A stretch of DNA of 64,000 nucleotides from Strigamia acuminata (lineage: Eukaryota), in contig OX442314.1 of NCBI GenBank assembly GCA_949358305.1, positions 25,730,001 through 25,794,000 of the forward strand, in the 5' to 3' direction. This document shows positions 9,201 to 17,943 of the stretch, in pieces. Every line of letters begins with the position of its first letter. Within the stretch, counting starts at the first letter, position 1. Below the pieces are notes generated by a model that saw nothing but the letters and a program-made list of their open reading frames with translations, did no database searches and was not told the origin of the DNA. The translations under genes were made by a program, and so were the position numbers.

Positions 9201-12000
9201 AAGAATTCTGGTGTTGAGGGGAATTTTGATTGGTTAAATTTGGAGAAGTCGCGGCTAGTTGAGTTCCGGGGGGAAAGATTCCATTTACGGCTGTTCCGCT
9301 CAGGACCCCGTTGTTTTGCTTTATCCGGATGGTTGATTTCCTTTCTCCGTGTAACTGCGAATTAATTCTCGCGGCTTCTCTTTCGGCGTCGTTAGCGGTC
9401 TTGATTTTGGTTTTCGCGGCTTCGTTGGCTGCGTCGACGTTGGCTTTAACCGTCCGTATATCTTCGAGGCTTGGCATTGCCAACCTATCTTGTCCCTGTT
9501 GATTTCTGACCTGGTTTTTCTGATTAATTAATCGTATCATTTCAGAATTCGGGTCGTTTGGCGTTTGGCTGGTATGGCCAGCTTTAGCGGCGAAAGATTG
9601 TGCGAATGCCCACGATTGTCTCCCGCGATTATTGCGACTGTCTTGCTGAAAAGCTTCCAAGAATTCGTTTTGCACTTCGACGGGCTCGTCTACGATACTA
9701 GCCCATCCTTGGACGTTAATTCCTTTCGAATCGAGCGAATCAGCTTCGCTTTCGTCGTCCGCGTCGGAACTGGTTCGGGTCGAGTCGTACGAGTCGGTCG
9801 TCTGATTATTCGTTTTTTGACGCTTGACGGCCTTCTTTCCTTGTCGGATAGCTCTTTTTTCCGCCCGTTCTCTTGTCAGCCGGAGTATCATGTCCAATTG
9901 GGCCAGCGGATCCCCTTCTTCGTCGTACGGGATTCCCATTAATCGGGCGATTTCGTATGCTTCTCTGCATCTGTTGATTTGTGATTTCGAACTGTTGTAG
10001 CCGTGCGTGATGGTGACTCGATTACTTTGGTTGTTATCGTACTTGTCGAATAGGCTATACCCGTCTTGACTTTTGTCTGAATCTTCCTCTACTTCGTCCG
10101 TGAAATTAATTTGTTTATTATTAATCGGCGGGTCAGGTTGAGGTTTCGTCGACGTCTTATTAATCGGTGTTTGTCCGACAGACGTTTTTTCGGCGTGGTT
10201 CGGAGTTTTTCCAATCGGTGTATGTCCGACAGACGTTTTTTCGGCGTGGCTCGGAGTTTTTCCAATCGGTGTATGTCCGACAGACGTTTTTTCAGCGTGG
10301 TTCGAAGTTTTTCCAATCGGTGTATGTCCGACAGACGTTTTTGCGGCGTGGTTCGGAGTTTTTCCAATCGGTGTATGTCCGACAGACGTTTTTTCGGCGT
10401 GGTTCGGAGTTTTTCCAATCGGTGTTTTTCCGACTATATTTTCTTTCGTCGATTCCGGCGGTAATTTATTGGCGTTGTTTTTATCGATTGGTGTTTTTCC
10501 AATCGTATTTCTTTTCGTCGATTCCGGCGGTAATTTATCGGCGTTGTTTTTATCGATTGGTGTTTTTCCAATCGTATTTCTTTTCGTCGATTCCGGCGGT
10601 AATTTATCTAACGCTGGGCTAGCCAATGCTTCGGCCCTTGCCTTGGCTGATTCCATGGCTTTTCTTCGGGCGCTTGCGGTCGAAGGGTTTCTGGTCTTTT
10701 TGTTGCTTTTCGTCATTTCGATGGTTTGCAAAGTTCAAACCGTAAGATATGTTTATTTAAAATAGTTTGAATGTTCAAAACTATCCCGGACAGGCCCCCA
10801 CGTGTCGTAACCTTGGTTTCCGGTAAATAAACGTACACAATATCTTACTAATAAACCTTTTATTTCACACTTGTAATACAATAGTAATAATACTTAAGGT
10901 TGGTCTCGGATCCTTGTTGGTCGGATACGATTGTTGCTGCACGGCAGTCTTACACGTGGCTTCTGGTTGTCTAGGGTTAATGGCGTCCTGGCGAAACACG
11001 TGTTCGCAAAACGCTTCGGCGATGATGAGATATTTCGGTCGTAGTTTTGCTACGACAAATATCTTTGGCTTGGTGTTACAGATGACTTGGGCAACTGGCA
11101 TCGGTCCTCTATCAATCCGTGGTGTTCGGCCTGAAAGGTGAGGTGTGATGCTACTGTTGCTGTGATATATCTGTAAGTCGCGCTTCCGGTCAAAACACGG
11201 GTTTAAATACCCCCTAATGACCGGAAATGACGTATTTGCATAAATTCGGGGAATTATGCAAAATGGCTGACGTCATCATGTTGATTCCGCAGAAACGGTA
11301 AAACTAGTATAGCTAGTTTTCTCGTAATAATCTGACGATTAATTATTGTAAATACTAAAAACACTTTTATGACCTCGTGGTCACCACAAACTATTAATTA
11401 ATTAATTGGTTAATTATTTCTTATGTAGCAACATGGGGGAAACCACACTTTATGGATTCACCATACCTGATCACTCCAACGTAATAGGAAATCTATGGGC
11501 AGTAAATAACGACAAGGATTTATGGGAAAATCCTGCCGAATTTAACCCAAAAAGATTCATTAATAAACAAGGAAAAGTTGAGAAACCAGAATATTTTATT
11601 CCTTTTTCAATTGGTAAAAAAATCTAGTCTGTACCGACTGGACGTAGGACCGGTCCCAGAAAGTTGTCCGGATGACTGTCCAGATAGGTAAGCTATAGTT
11701 TGGGACCTGTCAGGACCACGTGGCCATCCAGACAATGCTATGTCCAGTCCGTACAGAGAAAACTGTCGTTTTATTTATGAATGCCAGCTATTATTTCGTT
11801 TATAATTCTTTTATCTTTTTGTAGGAAAACGGAATTGCATTGGAGAGCCTCTAGCGCATGTAATATATTTCCTTTATTTTACGACATTGCTTCAGAAATT
11901 CGATATCATAGTTCCACACGGAGAAACATTGTCAATTGAACCCGATGTAGGAATTGCGCTAAATCCTAAACCGTTCAAAATCTGTGCTGTAACAAAGTGA
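257..12000 (+). CDS. Cytochrome P450 (CYP2 clan) gene A, 8 exons, 497 aa
   Basis: Exons 257-468, 533-666, 718-824, 1549-1817, 2224-2378, 2761-3016, 11429-11613, 11825-12000, all GT-AG, sum 1494 nt and open. N-terminal TM anchor + PSGPWGLPIVG hinge, ExxR (EALR), NPKRF, heme motif PFSIGKRNCIGE. Intron 6 holds an 8.36-kb LTR element. Confidence 0.93.
1851..2176. mobile_element. MITE with short TIRs (possibly PIF/Harbinger-like)
   Basis: TAAGCCTAGGTTAT at 1851 and its reverse complement ATAACCTAGGCTTA ending 2176, AT-rich interior, in intron 4 of P450 A. Confidence 0.55.
3033..3618 (-). repeat. 3' LTR of Gag-only dimer
   Basis: TGTCGTAACC...GGTCACCACA; PPT adjacent at ~3621-3630. Confidence 0.95.
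3698..4075 (-). pseudogene. -1 frame remnant of pol (125 codons), second copy 7583-7960
   Basis: Slippery A AAA AAC at 4078-4072 near the gag end. The -1 frame is open (KLVKADREKINLSARPED...SLERKM*) to TAG 3700-3698 and has no enzymatic motifs. Confidence 0.65.
4045..6831 (-). CDS. gag: Retrotransposon Gag (copy 1), 928 aa from first ATG
   Basis: Retrotrans_gag-like core (LVGEAREWY...WEQFVVAFNTQY...QATGEELRAYFLRAK), CCHC knuckle CNYCNEVGHWRRDC. The ORF track starts at upstream TTG 6846. Confidence 0.9.
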   Translation of the reverse strand: MTKSNKKTRNPSTASARRKAMESAKARAEALASPALDKLPPESTKRNTIGKTPIDKNNADKLPPESTKRNTIGKTPIDKNNANKLPPESTKENIVGKTPIGKTPNHAEKTSVGHTPIGKTPNHAAKTSVGHTPIGKTSNHAEKTSVGHTPIGKTPSHAEKTSVGHTPIGKTPNHAEKTSVGQTPINKTSTKPQPDPPINNKQINFTDEVEEDSDKSQDGYSLFDKYDNNQSNRVTITHGYNSSKSQINRCREAYEIARLMGIPYDEEGDPLAQLDMILRLTRERAEKRAIRQGKKAVKRQKTNNQTTDSYDSTRTSSDADDESEADSLDSKGINVQGWASIVDEPVEVQNEFLEAFQQDSRNNRGRQSWAFAQSFAAKAGHTSQTPNDPNSEMIRLINQKNQVRNQQGQDRLAMPSLEDIRTVKANVDAANEAAKTKIKTANDAEREAARINSQLHGERKSTIRIKQNNGVLSGTAVNGIFPPGTQLAATSPNLTNQNSPQHQNSSQNHQFLPQNGNISPSYGSQSQSDPILEERLRMIEEHIRADSRTGRNQDLDERDEQNENLLRKYSADRWALDNKDRNIKWPQLRLMKFDGTWRAGNKFLNEVALTISRLGAEPDEMVVKGLPEMLVGEAREWYVEANLKYWEQFVVAFNTQYGETQKEIRQRVSLMQQATGEELRAYFLRAKSLFNELYTPLDAYAQRLIFDKGLNEASKKVLRDMNAPTTDSFEQVLKFVDKRHEEVNDRYTDALTPEERKLVQLCIQRIHARNNDAGRLIRSRTFLNGDIEAAPPKKPSDKSTSNPIPAPKAYRASTNSDATNLEDGRESEEDDSEQNSEGDANKTEHHNPKSDKHYEKRDFTKRSFTRTENSTTRPCNYCNEVGHWRRDCPKRKKRKEEKKAAENEALLEKLTAKFEELTKNWLKQTEKK
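6278..6722 (-). repeat. Coding tandem repeats in Gag N-terminus (51-nt x ~5 and 66-nt x ~3); also 10163-10607
   Basis: KTSVGHTPIGKTPNHAE and KLPPESTKRNTIGKTPIDKNNA repeats. Confidence 0.9.
6898..6915 (-). promoter_or_regulatory. Primer-binding site (tRNA-Pro-like), internal unit
   Basis: TGGGGGTCTGTCCGGGAT 2 nt after the LTR; resembles the canonical Pro PBS TGGGGGCTCGTCCGGGAT. Confidence 0.8.
6918..7503 (-). repeat. Shared middle LTR of Gag-only dimer
   Basis: Same 586-bp sequence, flanked by PBS on one side and PPT on the other. Confidence 0.95.
7930..10716 (-). CDS. gag: Retrotransposon Gag (copy 2)
   Basis: Translation identical to copy 1. Confidence 0.9.
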   Translation of the reverse strand: MTKSNKKTRNPSTASARRKAMESAKARAEALASPALDKLPPESTKRNTIGKTPIDKNNADKLPPESTKRNTIGKTPIDKNNANKLPPESTKENIVGKTPIGKTPNHAEKTSVGHTPIGKTPNHAAKTSVGHTPIGKTSNHAEKTSVGHTPIGKTPSHAEKTSVGHTPIGKTPNHAEKTSVGQTPINKTSTKPQPDPPINNKQINFTDEVEEDSDKSQDGYSLFDKYDNNQSNRVTITHGYNSSKSQINRCREAYEIARLMGIPYDEEGDPLAQLDMILRLTRERAEKRAIRQGKKAVKRQKTNNQTTDSYDSTRTSSDADDESEADSLDSKGINVQGWASIVDEPVEVQNEFLEAFQQDSRNNRGRQSWAFAQSFAAKAGHTSQTPNDPNSEMIRLINQKNQVRNQQGQDRLAMPSLEDIRTVKANVDAANEAAKTKIKTANDAEREAARINSQLHGERKSTIRIKQNNGVLSGTAVNGIFPPGTQLAATSPNLTNQNSPQHQNSSQNHQFLPQNGNISPSYGSQSQSDPILEERLRMIEEHIRADSRTGRNQDLDERDEQNENLLRKYSADRWALDNKDRNIKWPQLRLMKFDGTWRAGNKFLNEVALTISRLGAEPDEMVVKGLPEMLVGEAREWYVEANLKYWEQFVVAFNTQYGETQKEIRQRVSLMQQATGEELRAYFLRAKSLFNELYTPLDAYAQRLIFDKGLNEASKKVLRDMNAPTTDSFEQVLKFVDKRHEEVNDRYTDALTPEERKLVQLCIQRIHARNNDAGRLIRSRTFLNGDIEAAPPKKPSDKSTSNPIPAPKAYRASTNSDATNLEDGRESEEDDSEQNSEGDANKTEHHNPKSDKHYEKRDFTKRSFTRTENSTTRPCNYCNEVGHWRRDCPKRKKRKEEKKAAENEALLEKLTAKFEELTKNWLKQTEKK
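10783..10800 (-). promoter_or_regulatory. Primer-binding site (tRNA-Pro-like), 5' unit
   Basis: TGGGGGCCTGTCCGGGAT 2 nt after the 5' LTR. Confidence 0.85.
10803..11388 (-). repeat. 5' LTR of Gag-only dimer
   Basis: 586 bp, followed by TSD AACT. Confidence 0.95.
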
Positions 12001-12060
12001 AGGAAAAAGAACATGAACATTCATTTTCGTTGCAAAAAGGATTATAGCTTCGCACTGTTG

Positions 12061-12456
12061 TATACTCTGTCCGAATATAAGAGTGCGCTAATTCCTATTG
12101 GCCCAGCCTTTTCACTATTGTAGTGATCCCAAAAAATAGATCAAAATACATGTTGAATGCTTTACATACAATGCAACCAATAAGAAAATTCAAAAACTGC
12201 TTGATTTCCTGACAAAACAACCAATAAACTCAACAATCTGAACAAACATGTATTTAGAAATAAAACCAGCATAACACAATAAAACATTTCATTATAGAAA
12301 AGAAATAAACTTACATCATTTCAAACATTAAAAAAATCATACAAATTAAAAATAGAACAGAACTACTTTTCCTGGTGGAAGTACACAGCCCACAGTTAGG
12401 AGTAATCAAGCTGGGCCAATAGGAATTAGCGCACTCTTGTACTCGGACAGAGTATA
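12061..12456. mobile_element. MITE, TATACTC...GAGTATA termini, ~48-bp TIR
   Basis: TATACTCTGTCCGAATATAAGAGTGCGCTAATTCCTATTGGCCCAGC and near-perfect reverse complement; interior resembles 15368-16054 in opposite orientation. Confidence 0.8.
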
Positions 12457-12868
12457 CTGAAATTTTTTTGTACAATTGTTCCAATATAGTAAAAAAAATT
12501 GTTTTGAATTTTAATAACTTCATAAGGAATAAATTCAAAATACGGCCTGAAATTCTCTGCAGAGGAGTTTATTTATTGAGCCACCAAATGATGGCAGATT
12601 TATCTGTCAGTTGTAGTGGGTAGGCGTGCGATTTAAACAATTCAGTAAAACCTAAAGAACTGCAATTTACTTCTACATCATGTGTTTTGTTAATACAGTA
12701 GAACAAATGAATTTTGCAGAAGATAAAATTATATCTCTTGAACAAAAGCACAGGGTTGATAACATCGACCTTGAGTCAAGAAGAAAATTATCTCGCATAC
12801 ACCGATAAAAATTAAGATAACACAAATAACACAGCAAGAGTATTTCATTTCATTGCAGTAATAATATA

Positions 12869-15800
12869 ATGGAACTAACAGATTTAAAAAATATTGCATT
12901 TGAGTATCATCAAACTATCATTATTCTAGCAGTGCTAACTATACTGCTCTATTTACAACAACGTAAAAACTTGCCACCAGGACCATGGGGATTGCCAATA
13001 GTAGGATATTTCCCTTTCATAAAACAACCACCTCATGTTGGAATTACAGAATTGGGAAAGAAGTATGGTAGTGTCACAAGGTAAACATACCTTTTAACCC
13101 TTCAATGCATAGGCCTTACGCGTTTAGTATAATCAATTAAATAAGCCAATTACTTCAAATTTCACATGAGACAAAGTTCATTATCATATAGACAAAATCA
13201 CAAGTTTTCAGCTTTATTCAAGAAAGTGGCTACACCTAAATGCGTGTAGGCTTATGCTTTGGAGGGTTAAAAAATATATTTAATAACCCCATCAATATTT
13301 TAATGTATTTTTCTAGTTTTTACTTAGGAAGCGTGTTAGTGATACTATTGGGTGACTACAAAACCATTAAAGAAGCATTTGTGAAACAGGGAAATATATT
13401 TTCTGGTAAACCGGATGCCAATGTTTTTCGAATTGATAAAACAGATAGAGGTAGAATTCTAAGTTCATTGCAGTATTCTGGACACACTTTGAGTTCACAA
13501 ATTTGTATTTCAGGTCTTTTCATGGCAGAAACCGAAATAGCAAGTCAACACCGTCGCTTTATTCTGTCAAGTTTCAAAGATTTTGGAATGGGTAAAACTA
13601 GTCTAGCGCAACAATTAATGGTACGTTGCAAGATTCTCTAATAAAAATATTGTGCAAGATTTCAGGTACTACCTGTTTGTATTTCAAGGTGTAATGTTGT
13701 TAAATTTGTCTAAGAATCAATGTGCCCATGCCTTCCCATTGCTGTTGTTGTCTAAGATGACGTGTGTTGTTTATGTTTAATCAAACCCTAATTCACTTGT
13801 TTGAAATTTATTGAGCCCTAGTCTGCTACTAATGAGCTCAATGAGTCACCACTTTCCATAGGTCTATTGAGCTACGGTAGCAAACTAAGAGAATTTAAGA
13901 ATATAAATTAAATCATCATTGCTCAATTGTAGGTAGAAATTAAATATTTTCTGGATACACTGAGAAAAAAAAAAGGAAAAGAACTGGATTTAAAAACTCC
14001 AATCCGCTTAAGTATCTCAAACGTCATAGCTATGCTTGAATTTGGAAAACGTTTTGAATACTCAGATGAAGAATTTATTCAGCTAACTAAATTCACAGCA
14101 GACGCTGGAAAATACATCGGAGCTACAGCAATTAACGTATTTCTTCCTTGGATAAAATACATTCCCTTTACAGACAAAATCACAGGAATTAACTACCTGA
14201 AGTACGTGAGTAATGGGCAATGGCCGTTAAAGTTTATCGTAACACATTTTACACAAATGGTCTGAGAATAAACATTTAATTGCAGATCATTTCTGAACCC
14301 ATTATCTTAAATTAATTAATCAACGTGAAGTTGGCCCCACGAAGTGGAGTCATTTCCTCAAATCCCGTTTCATCAAATTACATTTTTTTCGATGAAACGT
14401 ATCATTCCTAACAATAAATTCGATGAAATGGTACATTAAAATCAAGAAAAAATTCCAGCCGAACAACCAAAAACGTAACCTGACCTGACCTAACCGAACG
14501 TAACCAAACCACGTGTACTCAAAACCACCACAACGTTTACCTATTGTTCAAGCCGTATCACTGGTGTAGTGGCACAAAAAAGTAGCTCATAACACCATAT
14601 TTGTAAAGAACTCCAGACATTGTGATCGATTACCAACATTGTCAAAGGCACAGAACTACTTTTCCACGTAGTCGAACACAGTAAACAGTTAGGCGTAAAC
14701 CGGCTGGAATAGGTCAACGTTGTGGTGGTTTTGAGTATAGCGAAGTGAATAACATCCCCGACGACAGCCAAAAAATTCGATGAAACGTACCAAACGAGCT
14801 TTCGCATTCGATGAAACAACCCCCGATTTTCACAAGTTCAGAAAATTCCAAATTTAATGAAATGGGATTCGAGGAAGTGATCCGACCCGAGCCCCACCCA
14901 ACCTCCCAATTAATCCCCCTTCAGTAATTTTTCATCTGGAAGGATAGGAACTGTCTTCCCACCTTGTGTGACTCATTTTTATATTTACAGAAACCTCAAT
15001 AAGCTTACTACAGATTTCTTCCATAAAAAAATAGAAGAGAATAAAAACAACCATATCGATGGAAGCAGGGGACATCTCATCGAGGCTTATCTTACTGAAA
15101 GAAATTCCATAATAAAAAAAACATCCTCAGAACTTTGTTTTAATAGTAAGTCCAATTGAAAATCCTAGGAATTCGACGGCCATGCATCCTTATAGAACAA
15201 GGAATCGGTTAAAGTTCAGGAGATCTGATACTTAAGTACCAGATTCTAAATACACAAGTCAAAACGGTAAAATCCAGTGCGGGATATCACACTAAAAGTT
15301 GTAAAAAATCGTGCAGAAATTAATTAAAACGGAGCCCATAAGGCCATAATTGCTGTAGCTATAGTGCTATACTCTGGCTCACTATAGGTTGGGCCTATTA
15401 CCCATTGGCTGAGCTTAATTACTCACTGTGTGCTACCACCAGAAAAAGTAGTTCAGTTTTGTTTTAATTTGTTTGATTATTTAAATAATTGGAATGATGT
15501 AATGTCATTTGTATTTTATAAGAAAATGTTTCTTCAATTCATAAAATAAAGATTTATGCTGTTTTTATTTCAATATTCATGTTTATTCAGTTTATTGCTT
15601 GCTTTGTCAGGAAAGCAAACAATTTTCTAATTTTTTTATTGGTTGTTTTGCCTGTCAGCCAGTGTTTTGATCTATTTTGTGGTATCACTATACAAGTGAA
15701 AAGGTTCAGCCAATGGGTAATAGGCCCAACTTATGTACTATGTTTACATGCACGGAATATTTCGAGTGAGATGAAATATTCGATGTGCACAACTGCCATG

Positions 15801-16868
15801 TAAACAGGGATGACAAGGATTATTCGAGTAGTGAATAATCCCTCGCAGAAGGTTGTTTAATTCGAGTAAACTTGAACTATTTTTATTGCGGATGCGCACA
15901 ACGTTCCGACACTTCCCCATTGATCGAAAACCAAAAGTGATCACGAATTATTTTCTGCATGTAAACACAACAATTTGATTTTTTCACCACTCGAATTATT
16001 CGCCACTCAAAATATTTGGTGCATGTAAACGTAGTAATAGTGAGCCAGAGTATAAACCTAAACTCCAACCACTTTGTTTTCCTCCAGATTTTGATAAATA
16101 AATTTCATTGCTTTTTCAGTGGACGAACTTCTGGGAAATTTAAAAGGTTTATTCGGTGCCGGCATAGAAACGACGACAGGGCATCTGCTTTGGAGTGTTC
16201 TTTACTTTCTTAAATATCCAGAAATTGGCAAAAAAGTGTTGCAAGAAATTGATGAAGTAATTGGTCACAACAGAGACCCTGCTCTCAGTGACAAAAACAA
16301 CATGCCCTATACAGATGCTTACATGCTAGAGGTTCACAGATACAGTTCACAACTTCCATTCTCTCTGGTTCACAGGTAAGCAAATAAAATAGTAAGTTCT
16401 GTTCATTTAAGTTATTTATTTTAATTCAACACAGCAATACTGAAGAAACCACTCTGAATGGATTCACAATTCCAAAACGCTCGCATGTAATAGCAAATCT
16501 GTGGGCAGTGCACCACGACAAAGATTTGTGGGAAAATCCTGACGAATTTAATCCGCAGAGATTCATTAATGGACAAGGAAAAGTCGAAAAACCAGAATAT
16601 CTAATTCCTTTTTCCATTGGTAAAGCAAGAAATAATTTGAAATTAAATCAAATTTGTGTTTAATGTTCCAATTTTTTCTGTCATTCAAATAGGCAAACGA
16701 AATTGTATCGGAGAGTCCCTAGCAAATATGCAAACCTTTCTTTATTTTACAACATTGCTGCAAAATTTTGATATAAAACTTCCGCAAGGAGAAACTTTAT
16801 CAACTGAACCTGTATTTGGACTTGGGCTGTTGCCAAAACCTTTCAAAATTTGTGCGATAGCAAAGTAA
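12869..16868 (+). CDS. Cytochrome P450 (CYP2 clan) gene B, 8 exons, 497 aa
   Basis: Exons 12869-13080, 13317-13450, 13514-13620, 13933-14201, 14991-15145, 16120-16375, 16435-16619, 16693-16868, same sizes as gene A. Motifs AGIETT, EVHR, NPQRF, PFSIGKRNCIGE. Confidence 0.95.
13098..13266. mobile_element. piggyBac-type MITE
   Basis: TTAA|CCCTTCAATGCATAGGCC...GGCTTATGCTTTGGAGGG|TTAA in intron 1 of P450 B; the equivalent introns of A and C are short. Confidence 0.8.
14350..14880. mobile_element. TIR element hosting a nested MITE
   Basis: TCATTTCCTCAAATCCCGTTTCATCAAATTT vs AAATTTAATGAAATGGGATTCGAGGAAGTGA imperfect inverted ends; AACCT-type repeats inside. Confidence 0.6.
14516..14737. mobile_element. 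~220-bp MITE family, copy 1
   Basis: TIR TACTCAAAACCACCACAACGTT; further copies at 20424-20646 and 23614-23834. Confidence 0.88.
15368..16054. mobile_element. TATACTC-family MITE with second MITE (15736-16036) nested in its right TIR
   Basis: Left TIR TATACTCTGGCTCACTATAGGTTGGGCCTATTACCCATTGGCTGA; right TIR split by an element with TIRs TACTATGTTTACATGCAC / GTGCATGTAAACGTAGTA. Confidence 0.78.
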
Positions 16869-17516
16869 AGCGAGAGCACAGCCGTTGTTTACAAGGGAAA
16901 TTTCCTAAATATTTCGTAGAAATTTACACTTAACGGATATTTTTGCTTAAAATTTAAATTAAATTGAGATTTTAAAAAGACAAAGTTTATAACTGTGTTA
17001 AATCGAAAGAAATCATATAAAAAGTACGATTATATTTACTTTTCTAAACCATGTTTAAATCAATATCATGTAATAAAAAAAACGTGTAAAAACATACTTG
17101 GCTGTACTGAATCCAACATTTAAACATAAACATTACTAACTTAGATAAACTGTAAAACTACATGTAAGCTCTGTAGCCGGGATATAGGACGGGTCCCCGA
17201 AAGTTGTCCGGACTACGAGTATAGGTCGGAACTAAGTCGAGACCTCCAAACTGTCCGAACCACACAGCAGTCCGGTCGGTGGTATGTCCGGGCTACAACG
17301 CTTACACTGTACGTAATTTCCAAATTTATATTAAATCTACTGCTACTTAAAAATATGAGTCCACATTTCTGACGTGTATAGTTGACAGGATGTTGTAGCA
17401 GACTAATATTTGTCCTGGGTAAGTCATGGTTTGTATTGTTTGTACACAGTTTGGTAATTTGTACTCTGTTAGAACTAGAATAAACTACGATTTTCCAATG
17501 TGCTGTCAGCTAACAG

Positions 17517-17678
17517 TAGGTGCATTCAATAAGTCTAAAACGTATGCAAAACTCGTTTCGTGTTTGCACCTGACGTCATTCCCATTCCCATTGAATAAAA
17601 TGTTATTCAATGGGAATGACGTCACGTGCAAACACGAAACGAGTTTTGTATACGTTTTAGACTTATTGAATGCACCTA
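17517..17678. repeat. 162-bp foldback (hairpin) element, copy 1
   Basis: Near-perfect palindrome TAGGTGCATTCAATAAGTCTAAAACG...CGTTTTAGACTTATTGAATGCACCTA; second copy 18993-19154. Confidence 0.9.
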
Positions 17679-17943
17679 GTGGTTTATTCTAATTTTAATT
17701 TTTATTTATTTAATTTTTTTTTTTAATTTTTTTTTTTTTTAGAAATTGTTAATTAATGTCCAAGATTTATCCTAGATTTTGAACATCATTGTCCTGCCAG
17801 CATTAGTGATAACTTTACTAAACTTTTGGAACTGATAAGATTATCACAAGGCCACATAATGATAAACATTTATGCAACTCAAACCCAACATTGTCACCAC
17901 TCCACATTAATTCGCAGACAAAGCATTTCACATTACTGTTATT

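Larger units (their letters stand above)
3033..11388 (-). mobile_element. Non-autonomous Gag-only Ty3/gypsy LTR retrotransposon, tandem dimer with three LTRs
   Basis: Three 586-bp TG...CA LTRs with period 3885 bp. 4-bp TSD AACT (3029-3032, 11389-11392). tRNA-Pro-like PBS and PPT (GAGGAGGGGA) for each unit. No PR/RT/RH/IN. Confidence 0.95.
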
